A stretch of 64,000 nt of DNA from positions 229,462,001 to 229,526,000 of the forward strand of contig OZ024741.1 in NCBI GenBank assembly GCA_964016885.1, given 5' to 3'. Below are positions 25,871 through 39,908 of the stretch, in pieces. Position 1 is the stretch's first letter, and the number at the start of each line of letters is the position of its first letter. The position numbers were made by a program, and so were the translations under genes. The notes beneath the pieces are model-generated. The model made no database searches and was not told the origin of the DNA. It was given only the letters and a program-made list of their open reading frames with translations. The DNA comes from Eledone cirrhosa (taxonomy: Eukaryota).

Positions 25871-26599
25871 TACTGTTGTTGTTATTGTTGCCGTTGTCAC
25901 TGTTATTGTTGTTGTTGTTGCTGCTTCTATTTTAATCTGTTACCTACATTTTCCTCTTTTGTCCGAGTGTTTTGTTTTAATTATTGCTTTGTTTTGGGGC
26001 GGAGTGGGGATTTGTGGGCTTGTTTCTTTCTTTCTTTCTTTCTTTAGATAATTGTAGGGCACGCTGGTGAGTGAGAGGCGTTCACTTCCGGATCCGACCA
26101 GTGAAAAACCTTTTTATTTTATATTTGATTGGGTTTTGAAAAAATGTATGTTTTTGTTATTGCAGTGTTTTAGCTCCAGGTCAGCCCTAGTCGAGCAGAC
26201 ATATGATCAAAGGCATTACATCCTTTTAAAGACTGCATTATCTAATGTGTGTCCTTCTTTTAAGACAGGGAATTATGCTATTTCTGGGAGCTCCACCAAC
26301 CGCGTGTGTGTGTGTGTGTGTGAGTCTCTGTGGCTGTTTGTGTATGTGTATGTGTGTGTCCGTGTGTGAGTGTGTGTGTGAGTGTGTATCTTATTAGAAT
26401 TTTAGAGTTTATTTTGATCAACCGTCTACACATTGGCAAAGTCGCAAAGAAAAATGTCTAGCTCTCTCCGTCATCCTTTGCGCAACCATTCACCCATTAA
26501 AATATATCACCTGTAACTTATGGACATCACCTATAACGTATGGCGATACGTTCCTTTTCCAAGAATCCAAAATCAGTCGTACTTTGATCTAGGTGGGTT

Positions 26600-27058
26600 A
26601 GCACAAGGCCAGTAATTTGGGGGGAGGGGAATGTCGATTAAATTGACCCTAGTACGTTACTGGTGCTTTATTTTATCGACCTCGTAAGAATGAAAGGCAA
26701 AGCTAACCTCGGCTGGAATTGAACTCAGAACGTAAAGAGCCATAACTCTGTGCTACAAAGCATGGTGTCCGACGCCCTACCGATATTGCCAACTCACCGC
26801 CCTCTGTCGTTCCAATAATAATGGTTTCTTATGTAGGCACAAGGCCAGCAAATTTGGGGGAGGGGGAAGTCGATTAAACCGACCCCAGTGCATTACTGGT
26901 ACTTTATTTTATCGACCCCGTAAGGATTATAGGAAAAGTTATCCTCGGCGGGATTTGAACTCAGAAGGTAAAGAGCCATAACTCTGTGCTACAAAGCATG
27001 GTGTCCAACGCCCTACCGATATTGCCAACTCACCGCCCTCTGTCGGTCCAATAATAAT
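26600..27058 (-). mobile_element. Two tandem tRNA-type SINEs
   Basis: ~26710-26820 is nearly identical to ~26945-27057. Confidence 0.88.
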
Positions 27059-27099
27059 AGCTATGAAGCTGAAAGTATATTATGGTGACTGGATTTGCA

Positions 27100-27650
27100 G
27101 AATCCTCATCAATGGTCCATTGATGTCTTCTTTCTCAAGTCTTTTTTTTTTTTTAACACATTCGTCTCAAGTGGGTAGTTGAATTCCACAGCGCAACATG
27201 TTTTTATTTTGAGGTCCCTCACAACAATATTAAAGCGACGGATTGTGTTTTAATTAGGAAATATTTATAGCTTTCGCCAATATTCTTTTCACCCAACGGT
27301 CTGAATATGTTCATCTTTATTTGTCGTCATTTTTTTCTTCTTACTATTCCAGATTCTTAATATTCCAGATTGTTGTAGCTACCATATCATGCTTTATGGA
27401 GAGGGAGAATCGAGTAGACATTCTCTCATAGTTGGCAATGTGGCTAATGTCTTCAGGTTTGGTTTTATATAGCTTACATTTGTTATCAGCTGATGGTTTA
27501 TGTATTTGTTGGGGATTTCTTGAATTTGGGTTGCATGGTGATAACCTGCAAAGGGAGAAGTTTTAATCATGTTGGTACTCAATGGTGTAGTTCATTCCTT
27601 CTATTGTCTGTGTTTTCTGTTTTAAGTATCCAATGCAACCTTCTCAGGGA
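27100..27650 (-). pseudogene. Highly decayed R4/NeSL-like non-LTR retrotransposon C-terminal fragment
   Basis: Manual translation across frameshifts gives HA.Q.QEIP.KY, NKCKL.K.KPEDISHI, KHDMVA..IW, KEYW. Confidence 0.55.
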
Positions 27651-27677
27651 AATGGTATATATTTTATTTTAGCTGTA

Positions 27678-28010
27678 GATGTGGTATGGCCGAATAGTTA
27701 AGAACCTTGCTTCGTGATCATTGGGACTCGGGTTCGATCTCACTGTGTGGAAGTTTGGTCAAGTATCATTTACCATAGCCTTAGTTTGACCCATGCCTTC
27801 TGCATAAAATTGGGTTGATCAAAACTGATTGGAAGCCCATCGGATGAACTCTACCATCACACACTGTATCAGGCTGAATTTCCTTGAGAATTGCGTTAAG
27901 GGAAACACGTGTCTGTGGAATGTTCAGCCTTTTATTCGTCAATCTCATGAGCAGGCTTTTCCATTGATAAACCAAGTAGAACACCCATCGTCAAAACTGA
28001 CGGAGGTCTA
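27678..28010 (+). mobile_element. tRNA-type SINE (second family)
   Basis: TGGCCGAATAGTTAAG..GGGTTCGATCTC head; GAATTTCCTTGAGAATTGCGTTAAGGG body shared with ~9390-9500. Confidence 0.65.
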
Positions 28011-28043
28011 TTCCAGGTGTAGTGCTTCAAGATCTTGTATAGT

Positions 28044-28150
28044 ATTAATACAGCTTTCAGGCCACAACAGCCCTCCTAGAGTGAGAAATATTTTCTTCAC
28101 ATTATAGAAATATTCTCTCCCTTTACTTATCAATGGGCTCATCAGAATGA
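28044..28150 (-). ncRNA. Possible degenerate hammerhead with long stem II
   Basis: CATT-CTGATGA-GCCCAT..GAGAATATTT/AAATATTTCTC hairpin..GTGGCCT-GAAA; stems I and III pair poorly. Confidence 0.35.
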
Positions 28151-28375
28151 TATTCTCTTCCTGGAAAAAATACTTGCAGTTCTCACCTATGTACACGTTT
28201 GGTCTCTTAATTTTGAGTTTATTTTTGACTGGCAAGATTGTAAACAAAAGGAAATGTTCGTTGTTCTTGTACAATCGTTCATCCTGTAAATCGTAAGAAT
28301 GTTGTAGAGATTTTGAATGTTCCAGATATCGTAGCTATTTGTAGTTTATGAATTAAGAAGCTGTTTTCTTTTTCC

Positions 28376-28660
28376 ATGACTAGCCCACGCTCTGCTGCAC
28401 TTCGGACCGAGGAGGATAAACTCTCCAAATATCGGTCGCTCTCCAACAGGTTTGCAGTCAAACCCGTAGCTGTGGAGACTTTTGGTGTCCTTGGCCCTAG
28501 GACCACCTCCATACGCACCACCACCGACACAGAGTTGGCTACTCGCAGATGGAATGGCTCTTCCAACACAACTCCCTCACCATCCTCCGGCAAGACGCCT
28601 TCTCTATTATGTCTGCCGGGGCCACTTGGCGATCAGCAAGTGGGGCCCCCATTCGCTTAT
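28376..28660 (+). pseudogene. Older CRE-like REL fragment
   Basis: SAA...E..KLSKYRSLSNRFAVKPVAVETFGVLGPR. Confidence 0.75.
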
Positions 28661-29167
28661 AGTGAGAGATGGGGAGAGCGGGAGAGTCGAAGACAGTGAC
28701 AGTGGGAGTTTAGTTCCATTGTATTCGGACCTGGTGTATATGTATATATTTATTTACCACAGCACATTAATTTATTTATACAGGAATGTTCTACAGAAAG
28801 TCTACTTTGGCCCAGACGTGTTGGAATAGATCTTATAGCTCCAATAATACTAATAAGTAGGAAACTGAACATGTATCTTGGGTGCTGGATCTGGAAACTC
28901 TTCATAGATATCCACTTTCTCTTGTATATTTCCAACTACATTGACATTGAGTGGACACTTCACTGTATGTATATATGTACGTATGTATGTATCATGCGTG
29001 TGTGTACGCATGTATGTATGTGTATGTACGTATGTGTGCAGTTTTCATGTATGTACGCATGTATGTACGTATGCATATATGAGCGTATGCTCGTGTGTGT
29101 ATGTATATGTATATATGTATATATGCGTATATGCATGTATGTGTGTTTGTATATTTGCAAGTTATTA

Positions 29168-29340
29168 TAGAGGGTCTGGCGCCCTGCTTTGCAGCATAGA
29201 GTTACGGCCCTTTATTATCTGAGTTCAAATTCCGCCGAGGTTAACTTTGCCTTTCATCCTTACGGGGTCGATAAAATAAAGTACCAGTAATACACTGGGA
29301 TAATTGCAGGCCTTGTACCAAAAGTAGAAAGAATTATTTA
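29168..29340 (+). mobile_element. tRNA-type SINE
   Basis: B-box, core and tail as in other copies. Confidence 0.85.
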
Positions 29341-30689
29341 TCTCCAAGCCAACCGTGACCTCACCTACCCATAATCAAAGGTATTCCAGCTCCAATAATC
29401 CCCTCCAGTCCCAAGGCACAGTATACTCAGGACTACATTATGCAATGTGTTTTTTCCTTCTTAAGATGTGTATGATCTGAAGAAAATGTAATTGGTATTG
29501 CCAGCGATTCGAACGACCGCGATGAGGCCTCATATAAATGTAAGTATGTATGTTATCTCCAGTAACACTATCACTATGGTGACAAAATGTTGTTAGAGCG
29601 TATATCAAAATGCCTCGTGGTATTTAATCAGGCTCTCTGTGTTCTGGGTTCAAATCCGGCTAAGATCAACTTGGCCTTTCATTCTTTAGTAGACTATAAA
29701 ATGTAGCACCAGTTCGGAATTGTTAGCACATTGGATGAGATATGTTGCAGTACTTTCTCCGGCATTTTGCGTTCTGAGTTCAAATCCCGCTGTTCAAATC
29801 CCGCTGGATGGTACACATTCAGTCACCCGATTAACTCTACCATCACATGGTTCTTGAGCGCATTTAGCAGAGACCCCCTCAGTTGCAAGCATTCGACCCA
29901 GGTTACCGATTTGAAACTATCTTTTAGCCTCCCTTCCACTGCAATTACCACCCCTAATATCACCATCACAACCACAAATACCATACCTCCAACCACAAAC
30001 CACCACCTACACCAAATCTACCAACATCCCTGCTAAAACAAATATCACCACTATCAATACTGTTACCATTGCTACTATCTCCCCGCCTCCATCACCACCA
30101 CTACCACCATCAGCACCACCATCGATACAACCACTGATATAATCACTAATACTACTACCGCCACCACCACACAAACAAAATCACCTCCACAACCCCCACT
30201 ACTACCACAACCACCGCCGCCGCCGCCGCCGCCGCCAACATCATCCCACCACCTCTATGCCCCATTTACTTCTACCAACACCAACACCATCACCACCACC
30301 ACCACCATCGTCCATTCCAGCAAGATATCACCGCAGGTGTGAAGTCTAGATTAATTTACTTGTAACTGAAGACACTTGAGTCAAATTTCAGTTTGGGAGA
30401 TACACAGAATGGGCCAAGTTATACCTGCAAGATTATTATTGTCACTGCTATTGTTATTTATATTATTACTATTGTTTTTGTTATCATCATCATCATCCTC
30501 TTTGTTGTTGTTATATGCTTATATTCGCGTTTATTTGCCACACCTGATCTTGTATATAATCTTGATTTTCATCTTTTTTCTTCGTCTTCTTTTTTTCTTT
30601 TTCTTCCCTTCATCATCATCGTTGTCGTCGTCTACATTAATAATATTATTATTATTGACATTATTATTATTGTTGTTGTTGTTGTTGTT

Positions 30690-33590
30690 TGTTTCTGAAC
30701 GATACCCCACGGCTGTTTACGCTCCGTAAGTTTTGTTTGTGTACATCCGTTTATATTGGTTATTTTGTTTAACAATAGCATTACAAAGGGAGCATAAGAC
30801 CTAAGTCTTTGACTTGAAGAAGGGGTTCCTCAGAATATTTGGACCTTGGGCCCAAATATATGAACTTTAAATTTGAAATTTTGCTATAAGGTTTGTTTGT
30901 TTTTTTTGTAAAAAGAATGGAGGTTTCACCTTCCTCCACTCCTGCCAAGGCGGGAAAGTTCTCGAAAAAGGCGAGCGTCGCGAAAGTGATTCGGACGGCG
31001 CGCTCTGGAGAGAAACAACAACAATGTCATCACCATCAGAACTACTACAGACATCACTAACAACGCCACCGTCACCAACAAAAGCAGTAGCAGCGGCAAC
31101 GACAACAACGACAACGAAAACGTAAACAACAAGATTGCTTTTGCAGCCACTGCTGCAAAATCTCTAAACTATTACAATTTTGATTTAACTGAGAAGAAAG
31201 AACGTTCGGCCCAAGCGGAAAAGATTATAACCAGAGAAAAGGCCCGGGTCAACTTAAACATCCCTGCAGAGGTAAGGAGAGGAGATCACTGAAATAATGG
31301 TGTATTTCAGTGAAATCTTGCAAAACCGAGACAGCCTCTGAAGGACAGGTAGAGGCTGCACTGAAGTGCATCAATAATCACGTAGAGTATGTAGCAAAGG
31401 CCAAACAATTTGGGAGCATCTTGGTGCTCTTCAAAATTGAGGCCCTTGCTAACAAACATTCTGTGGTCGTCTGAAAAGCGGACCAAATAATCATGTACCC
31501 GCCCTACATGGGGAGAAGGACAGTAAGGTTCCCTGTTCCCAGGATTCCGTAGGGATTAAACCTATGGTGGTTCCTACGATGGGTGACGGCAGAGGGCCCT
31601 GATATCCTGCTCGACGTCAGATTTACAAAGGAAATGTGTTCCGGTATTGGTTTGGAGATTCTTCTTCAAATCAGACCCGAAGACATCAAAACTATCCCGG
31701 ACTACATCAAACTGCTGGATAGGTACGAAATCCAGGAAATCTCGGAGGGCAAGCGGCCGCAGTATTTCGTTTGTGGTGAAGCCACACACCTTTTGCCCCC
31801 AACTGAAAACTGCAGGGGCCACAAAAACCTCCGTTGCTGTTAAGACCGGTGCTAGGACAAACAACAACACCAGCACCAGCAGCAGTAACAGTAAATGAGA
31901 CAACACCACCAGCAACAACAGCAGCAGAAAGGACACTAGAAAATATCATTAAAACCACCCAGGGAGTCGCCCAAACAAGCTCTCCTTTTTCTTCCTCTTT
32001 CAAACACACACACACACAGACCAAAACTCACACATCCGTAAACACACTCCCACTCCTCTCTGACAAAGAGTCTCCAAACACCAGTTCTCCCTCATCCCCA
32101 AGTAAAAATGAAGGGGAACCCCAAAAACCCAAACACAAAAAACAAAAAAGGAAACACAAAAAGAAAAATATATATATCTTCACATACACCAAGAAGCACA
32201 CAAAACACACCCACAACAACACCAACACCACAACCATCAACAAAAACACAACCATCACCAACAACACCGTCACAACTGCAACTCATGCCCCAGAAAAGAA
32301 AACTCACGCAGGCACCTTCAACAATAGAAACACCCAACTTCGTGTTACTAAGAAGGGCCAACAAAAGTCTTATGGCCCTTGTAATACAAAGTCAAGACAT
32401 TGAGAGGGGGGGGGGAAGATTTTTGGTAACTGCACCTTCAAAATGCCCCAAACACAACTGATGGTGCGGATGCCAATAAACACCTACAAAAATCACAAGG
32501 AGAGCTTCCCCCACGACGTGCGGACTCCTAATGTGAAAGGCTCGAGTAGGCTTTTAAAGGGGTTCCCAAATGAACCCCACCAACTAGGAATGAAGACCGA
32601 ACCACCCGACCTCTAACAGCACCCGGATGGTAAGTTACCCCCCCCCCCATGTCCTTTTTCGGTCCGGCCGTCATGGTTGTGCTATGAGTAGGTTGTTTGA
32701 ATGTACGTGGCCTGGGGTCCACATGGAAGCAAAGCTGCTTCCCCAATTACCTCAGGTCACTAACAGTGGATGTGACAACCGTCAACGAGACCAGGATTTC
32801 CAACACGCGTGCAGTCGCCCTATTTTTGACGACTTTGAGATCTATGCGTTTCTTACTTGACCGGGAATGGGAGGTGGGATGGTGGTGTTGTTTAGGAATG
32901 GCCTGGGTCTCGAGATAAGAACTATCTTCCTGGACCCGAACGGTAAGTTGCCACTCCTGGACGTGAGCAGTAGCGAAGGTGGTGCTTTTAGACTGTTAGC
33001 CGTCTACGCCTCGATTGGAGCCGGCCGGCCGGACTTCTTTAGGGGCCTGGAAGCCTTTCTGAGAACGCCTCGCCCTTTACTGTTAGCCGGGAACCAGAAC
33101 GGCATCTTAGACACGCCCTGGGATTGTGTGGGAGTAGCTGATAGGAGTGAGGGTACAAAAGCCTCAAGTACCTGACCAGCCAGTTCCAACTGTCTGACAA
33201 GTACCGACTAGATTTCCCAAATGCACAAGTGTAGACCTGGACCAACCGCATAGGATCATCTAGATCGCATATAGATAGGTTTTTTTTTTAGATCAATAAA
33301 TGAGGATAGTATAGGTTGTCCACATTTTCAAACGGTCGCCTATTCAGATCACAAGTTTGTGATGTGCATGGTCGAGCTAGGTAAGACACGTAGATTAGAA
33401 CCTAGTTACTGTAAGCTGAAGACGTCGTTCCCGGCACTTGAAGCCTACACGGATCGGGTCAACAACTTAGTTAAGCAAAAGTTGATTGAGGGTCACCAAC
33501 AACAGGTGGTGGGGGCTCTCAAAAGAAAGATTAGAGGAATCTCGATATGTTTTAGTAAAGAAGTAGCGTTAGAGAAAAATGGAAAGTTGA
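30690..33590 (+). pseudogene. 5' half of a decayed Tx1-clade element (ORF1 + AP endonuclease)
   Basis: YMGRRT and EGKRP ORF1 motifs; LNVRGLGSTWKQ, NETRIS, FRL.AVYA, SDH; homologous to ~16700-18850. Confidence 0.85.
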
Positions 33591-35706
33591 TGTTCAGCTT
33601 ACTTCGGGAAACTCCAAATACCTCGGAAGGTATATGTATTTTATATAATACGAGCGGACTGACACACGCACGAACAGGATTCGACTTTTATTTATATAGT
33701 TTTTTCAGCATTCCATTTCTTCCCTTTTACACACACATACATTCACTCAAACACACACACATATATATATATATATATAGTAACACAGAACGTAGCATAG
33801 TTTTTCACTACCCCCTTCCTACGTTTTAACTCATTCATCTCACAAGCATACTGACACACGGGACGGACACGATTCGACTTTTATTTATATAGATAATAAT
33901 AATATATTATATCTACCTCTATGTTTACATATTTGGGGCTCTTTCTCTAGTGATTACAAAATAAATTATTTTGTTACAAAAAGGAAATCTTGCAGAGAGA
34001 ATTGTAGTTATCTAATTTGTTTTTGTGCAAGCCGGCTTCAGCTATAGGTCATATTTCAAAGTTTCATTTTCAATGTAACATGAGTGCTGCATTTTTAATA
34101 TGTTGTTGTTGTTGTTGTTCTTCTTCTTCTTCTTCTTCTTCGCCCACTTGGAGGGTCATGAGAGCAGAGTCCCCAAGCACACCATCAGCCGGTCCTGTCA
34201 GAAGCAACCGTAACCAATTGATTCAGGTGGATCCCCAAGCGAAACCAGCCGAGCTCATGGATGTTATCCAATAATTTTGCTCAGAGCCTACCCTGGGTCT
34301 CCTGCCGGTTAGTTCTGCCGGCAAAATCTGTTCAGTGAGTCTTTCTTAAGATATTCTAACCCCATATCTGTAGTACTGGAGCTGTGATCTCTCAATTTGG
34401 AGAAGTGGCGACACTACCTGGAGATACTCTGATCTCCAAGCTACGCACTTTATCGAGTAACGTTATTTCAAAGACCTTTCGGAGGAACCCCATTTCGGCC
34501 GCTTTTATTCGCGATCGTATTTATTCAGTGATTACCCAAGATTCAAGACCAGAAGTAGGCTTTGGCACGAATACTGAATTGAATATAGGGAGTTCGGCTT
34601 TTATACATACATTCATTCTTCAGAAATTGAATACTGAAGCTGGCCCATTACTGTACCAGCTTCTACAAGTATTGCACTTAATTCAGCCTCCTGTCTTCCA
34701 TTAAGCATGAACACGGTCCCGAAATACTTCTCCACCTGCTTCAGTGGAATTCCACTCACATGTAGAGTGCACTGCTTAGGTTTCTTTGAGAGGGTGAGTG
34801 TCACAATTTTCGCAGTACTGATTTTCATTCCAGTCGTGCAGCACTCAGCATCAAACCTATCAAGTGCATGTCGAAGACCAACTTTTAACGAGTTAAGTAA
34901 TAACATGTCATCCGCCAATTCGAGCCGACTGATCCTACCTCTGCCAGTCCTGATACCGCATCCAACATGGCTGTGCATGTCAATCCTGTCCATTAAGATT
35001 ATGAACAGAAGAGGTGACGGTTCACATCCTTGGCGGCGTTCAACACCCACATTGAATGGTTGCGAACCATTAGAGCACAGGTTCTCAACCCATTTAGGCC
35101 AAACGCCTCCTTTTGTCCCTCGAAATCACGAAACGCCCCCTATCCTATTTTTCCATTTTTCAATATACTACTGATTTTGATATCAGTAGATTACTAAAAA
35201 AATGATTAACGATATTCCAAAGATACCATTGCAGACAGCTGAGAGTATAAATACAATCCTTGAAAGGAAATATATAAATTTAAAAAAAAAGGAACATAAA
35301 TGTTCTTTTTTATGAATAAGGACCAGTTGAATTTGTTATATTCCCACCAGACGATACCAGCTATTTTGAACATTTATACAAGAGCAACTCTGTCTATCCA
35401 AAGAGTGCTCTTATCTGGAAGAAAGTGGCAATTATATCATTTCAAAGCTTTCCAATTTTTCCTTTCATGAAACGGTCAGAATAAATGTTTATATCTAACT
35501 TGATGTCCTCTCTGCTTTGTGAGCCACGGAAGAGGGTTTTCATGGCCACGCGGGAGGGTATATTTATTAGTAAATGGTAAAATATATACAACAAATGAGT
35601 AAGTGAATTGTAGTAGATGGTTTCCAGTCCAGTCAGACTGCAACTACAAATAAAAAAAATTGTTAGTTTGCTTTGTAACAATAGCATATCCAAGTTTTCG
35701 GATAAA

Positions 35707-36780
35707 TCAACTTACTTTAACTTTGACCTCATTACAATGGGACCCTTGAACTTTATGGAGTCTAGCTAACTCTTTGACGTCAGGCTGGAGTTTCGTAAGA
35801 TGTAGCCGTCGATCTCCACGGTTGCGAGCCTTACTGTGCAGTCTGGAAACAGCACCAAACCTCCTCTTGACTAAGTATGAGCTTGGAAAAGGCAGAGTAA
35901 ATCTCTTAGCCTCTGCATGTAGGTGTGGAAATCGACGCTGAATTTCCTCTTGCATCCTAAAAAGGGGTTTACCTATTTTGGGAAATCTAATTTTGATCAT
36001 GTCATCTGCTTGAAGTTCAATGAATTCTTCCTGAAATATAACGTCCAAATCATCGACGTTAGCTATGAAGGGATCTGCTACCCACTTTGGGATGTCCATC
36101 GGCAAAAGGTCGACAAACCGTTCTCTCATGTTGTCTTGTAGCGCACGGAGGTGAGCGGTATAAATTTGGAGTTGGTCATCGCTTACAATGTTTTGAACAT
36201 TGGCGACACTAGGAAAATTATAGAATTCCCGTCAACAAAGATTCCTTTCGATGACATTCAATTTGGCCAGGAATGTTTTCACAGCATTCCTTGCTTTAAG
36301 AAAGGTGATCCTCTTCCCCTGCAAAGCCAAAATGACGCTATTGCATTTGTCGACGATGTCAGTGAGGTAGGCACAGTTTTGCCTCACATCGAGAGTTTTC
36401 TTGTACAGTTCTGTGTTGCGTCCTCGCAGAAACTCAATGACAGAGTCGAACAGTTCAAAGAAGTGAGTAAGGCACTTGCCCTTTGAAAGCCGCCTCACTT
36501 CATTATGAAGGAGCAACTTGACGAATTCTTCGTCAATATTTTGGCACAGTTGCCGGAAAATTCGTTCATTGAGGGAATGCCGTTTGATAAAATTGATGAC
36601 ATCAATGGCCACCTGCAAGGACTTGCTCAGTGGCTTGCTGAGTTTCTTTGCAGCCAAGTGTTGTCGATGAATGACACAATAAACAACAAATACAGATAGA
36701 TTTTCTCTCTTCAGAAGAGTGACGAAACCCTTATGCTAACCGACCATTGCTCTTGCGTCGTCCATAGCACATGATACAAT
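35707..36780 (-). pseudogene. hAT transposase C-terminal half, frameshifted
   Basis: CVIHRQHLAAK, LLLHNEVRRLSKG, AYLTDI, LQG, LPFPSSYLV.R.F. Confidence 0.9.
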
Positions 36781-37060
36781 GTGTGTTGTATATGGTCCTA
36801 GATGTATATATTACCTGCCTGTGTGTTGTAGGTAGTCCTAGATGTATATATTACCTGCTTGTGCGTTGTATGTGGTCCTAGATGTGTGTATTACCTCCGT
36901 ATGTGTTGTATGTGGTCCTAGATGTATGTATTACCTGGTTATGTGTTGTATGTGGTCCTAGATGGTTGTATTACCTGATTATGTGTTGTATGTAGTCCTA
37001 GATGTTTGTATTACCTGCTTATGTGTTGTATGTTGTCCTAGATGTGTGTGCTACCCGCTT
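36781..37060. repeat. 40-bp minisatellite, 7 copies, inside the hAT element
   Basis: Unit ~RTGTGTTGTATGTGGTCCTAGATGTATGTATTACCTGCTT. Confidence 0.93.
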
Positions 37061-39449
37061 CTGTATTTTTCTTTCTTTTTTTTATTTGTAATATTATTTA
37101 CACAATAGGGAATAAAATAGATCTACATAGTGGTAACTCATTACGGCTGAGTCAATAATTTTAGACATGAAATACATTGTTATCGGTGAAGGAAAGACAA
37201 GATTCTAACTGGCTGCGCTCAAAGTGTCCTTGACCCAGTTGACTGGGTTTTTCCATTGTTAGGATCTCAACTGCCGGTTAATGTCTAGATACACCTGCTC
37301 ACAGCTGCGGTCAGACCATAGTTATGTTGTCTGCATGCTCATTCAAATGCATTCCCACTGGCTGTCTCAAAGACATACAAATATGGCTTATAAAACTTAC
37401 CAAAGTAAAGAGCCTTCCAGTGCCCCCAAAGCTCCGAACTCTGCCCTAACGCCCCCTTGCTCCCAAACGCCTCACTGGAGTTCCGAAATTCCCCCCGTTG
37501 AGAACCTTTGCATTAGAGCATTCGTATATAGACATCAGGGCAACAAGTAGCTGTCCATTGATCCCATACTCCTGCAGAACCTTCCACAACCGGTCTATTG
37601 GAATGTGATCATATGCCTTTTTGTAGTCTGCAAAACAACCATACACCTCATGGCAATGCTCCCGCGGTTTCTGCCAGTGTGAATATTTGGACGTCTGCTG
37701 CGTCCGGAGCAAAAACCACGCTGTTGGTCAGCTAGGTTTGCCAGACACTTAGCATAGACTTTACCAGAGAGGCTTGTAAAAAAATGGAGAATCTTTCTTG
37801 TCTCCCTTTTTGAAAATTGAGATGATCACTCCCAATTGCCATTGTTTAGGTGATTTTCCAGAGATCCAGGCCACCCGTCACACGTGAGTCAATCAGAAAA
37901 TACCTTCTATATTTAAGTTTTTTAATATCTGAACCCGAATTTCATCCTCTCCACCGGCCTTGCCATATTTGAACTCTTTAATTACTCTTGTGACCTCAGC
38001 CTCCGAGAAGTTACTCATCTCTCCAAATGCACTTCGTGTACATTAAAAGATGCTGTATGGCCGGGCTTAGGAGATCAGCAAAGTATTCACTCCACCTTGT
38101 GTGGATGCACTTATCTGATTATCTGAAGAGAGGGGAACCCCCGACGTGTTCCTGATAAAAGGCGCGAAGAAGCACTTCTTATTTCGAAGTCGGCGTATGA
38201 TCTGCCAGAACACTATTTGCTGATCTGGAGTCGGATTCCAGCTTAACCCCAAAGTCCACCCATCTCTTAATTTTGGACGCATTTACTGTCTCTGCTGCGA
38301 CTTTTCGCGCCTCTTTGTACTGAAAATACAAGAAGGAGGCCTTATTTCAAAGCCAAGCTTTGCAAGTTTTCTTCTTTTCTCGGATGGCATCTTTGTCCTC
38401 TTAGTTGAACCAAGAGTTGAACAGTCTCTATTCCGTTTCAAAGTCCTCAGTTTGTTCAGTGAGTTCTCTGAATTTGGGTGCAATATTATCCACATGCCTG
38501 CTCCTGACTTCTTTATCCACCAGCGCTTCCAACTTTATCATTTAGGCCACCCTGGACCTGCCAATTTTATGGTCTTTCTTGGCTTTAGGGAGATTCAGAC
38601 TGCAGATAACTAAGTGGTGATCAGTTGACTGCTCAGTCCCTCTCTTAACAAGAACGCCCAGCACAGAATCAAAGAGATCAGAGACAATAACAAAATCAAT
38701 CATTAGCCGCTGTCTCTGACTCCCATTACATCTTGTGTATTTATGAATGTCTCTGTGCTGGAAGAAGGTGTTCATAACAGAAAGCACACTACGTAAACAG
38801 AATCTAATAAGGCCTCTCCGTTCATATTTATATCAGGATCACCATTGCTTCAAATCGCTCCTTTCCATGCCAGGTGGTCAGTACCAGCATGTGCATTGAA
38901 ATTTCCCATTAGGATATATGACTCAGTCTTAACTACATCTAACGCTGCAATGACTTTATCAGGGAAGGATATATTTCGGACTCTCTGTTTGGTTCATAAA
39001 CTTGCACCACCCATAGAGACTATTTTTTCAGCCTAAGCTTCAAGAAGCAAAATTCTCTCTCCTAATGGGATCCAGTCCATACCACAGCCGGGGGTTTGTA
39101 AGTATCCCCACTACCACCGGTGCAGTAATTTCTGGCGTCACACCTGAATGGTGGAGTTCAAATCTACAGTATCAGAGCCAGGTAACTTTGTTCAGGAAAC
39201 CCTGACTATATATATAGCCAGTAATATCAGGCCTTCTTCATTAGTTTCTGCTCCTTACCTTTAAAGGTTACAACGTTCCAGTTATCAATTGGGAGCTAAA
39301 GGTGTCACTCAGTGCTCCATCTCCCCTATTAATTTACCGCAATTGGTCCGAAGTTGCTTATTCGTCCGGCAGGGCCCGCTTATATCGCAACTAAACATCC
39401 TATTTGCTGGCCGTATCGCTATCCACCACCTGCGACCCATTTTCTAGCA

Positions 39450-39908
39450 CTATGGTCGCCAACCTTTCGGACATCACGGACCACTAATTTCATAATTTTA
39501 AATCCCGCGAACCACTAATAAGAATTTTTTTAAAAAGATAAATGCATTTGTAAAATAATGACAGAGAACTTCCATTTTATTGATATGAAATGCACCTATG
39601 AAAACATTTTTAGGGGGTTATAAAATATATTTTAACCGAATATTATTGTTTCTACGTTTAGCACAAGGCCAGCAATTACCCAGTGCATTACTGGTACTTT
39701 ATTTTATCGGCCCCGTAAGGATGAAAGACAAAGTTAACTTCGACGGGATTTGAACTCAGACCGTAAAGCGACGTAACTATGTTGGAAAGCGTGCCGTCCG
39801 ACACTCTACCGATAGTGCCAAATCACCAACATAAAAATTGCAAATAATGTCCAAATTTTTCTGCGGACCACCAAAGTTTTCTCTCGGACCACCTGTTGGC
39901 GACCACTG
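39450..39908. mobile_element. hAT-type MITE with nested SINE (~39640-39830)
   Basis: TIRs CTATGGTCGCCAAC / GTTGGCGACCACTG; imperfect TSD TTCTAGCA / CTCTACCA. Confidence 0.8.

Larger units (their letters stand above)
35076..37510 (-). mobile_element. hAT (Charlie/SCAND3-ZBED5-like) DNA transposon, internally deleted
   Basis: TIRs CACAGGTTCTCAAC / GTTGAGAACCTTTG; 8-bp TSD CATTAGAG at 35068-35075 and 37511-37518. Confidence 0.95.
34101..39400 (-). mobile_element. Decayed RTE-clade LINE interrupted by a hAT insertion
   Basis: NTFFQHRDIHKYT, IDFV, STDH (APE); DYKKAYD, RQGC..SPLLF, ADD (RT); (GAA)n(CAA)n tail at 34101-34141. Confidence 0.88.

Noticed and set aside
25995-26110. GC box and ETS-like CACTTCCGG as a host gene promoter
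   Set aside because: Two short motifs only, with no supportable downstream exon
36781-37060. Regular repeats resembling a CRISPR array
   Set aside because: Contiguous 40-bp units with no unique spacers, in a eukaryotic context with no cas genes
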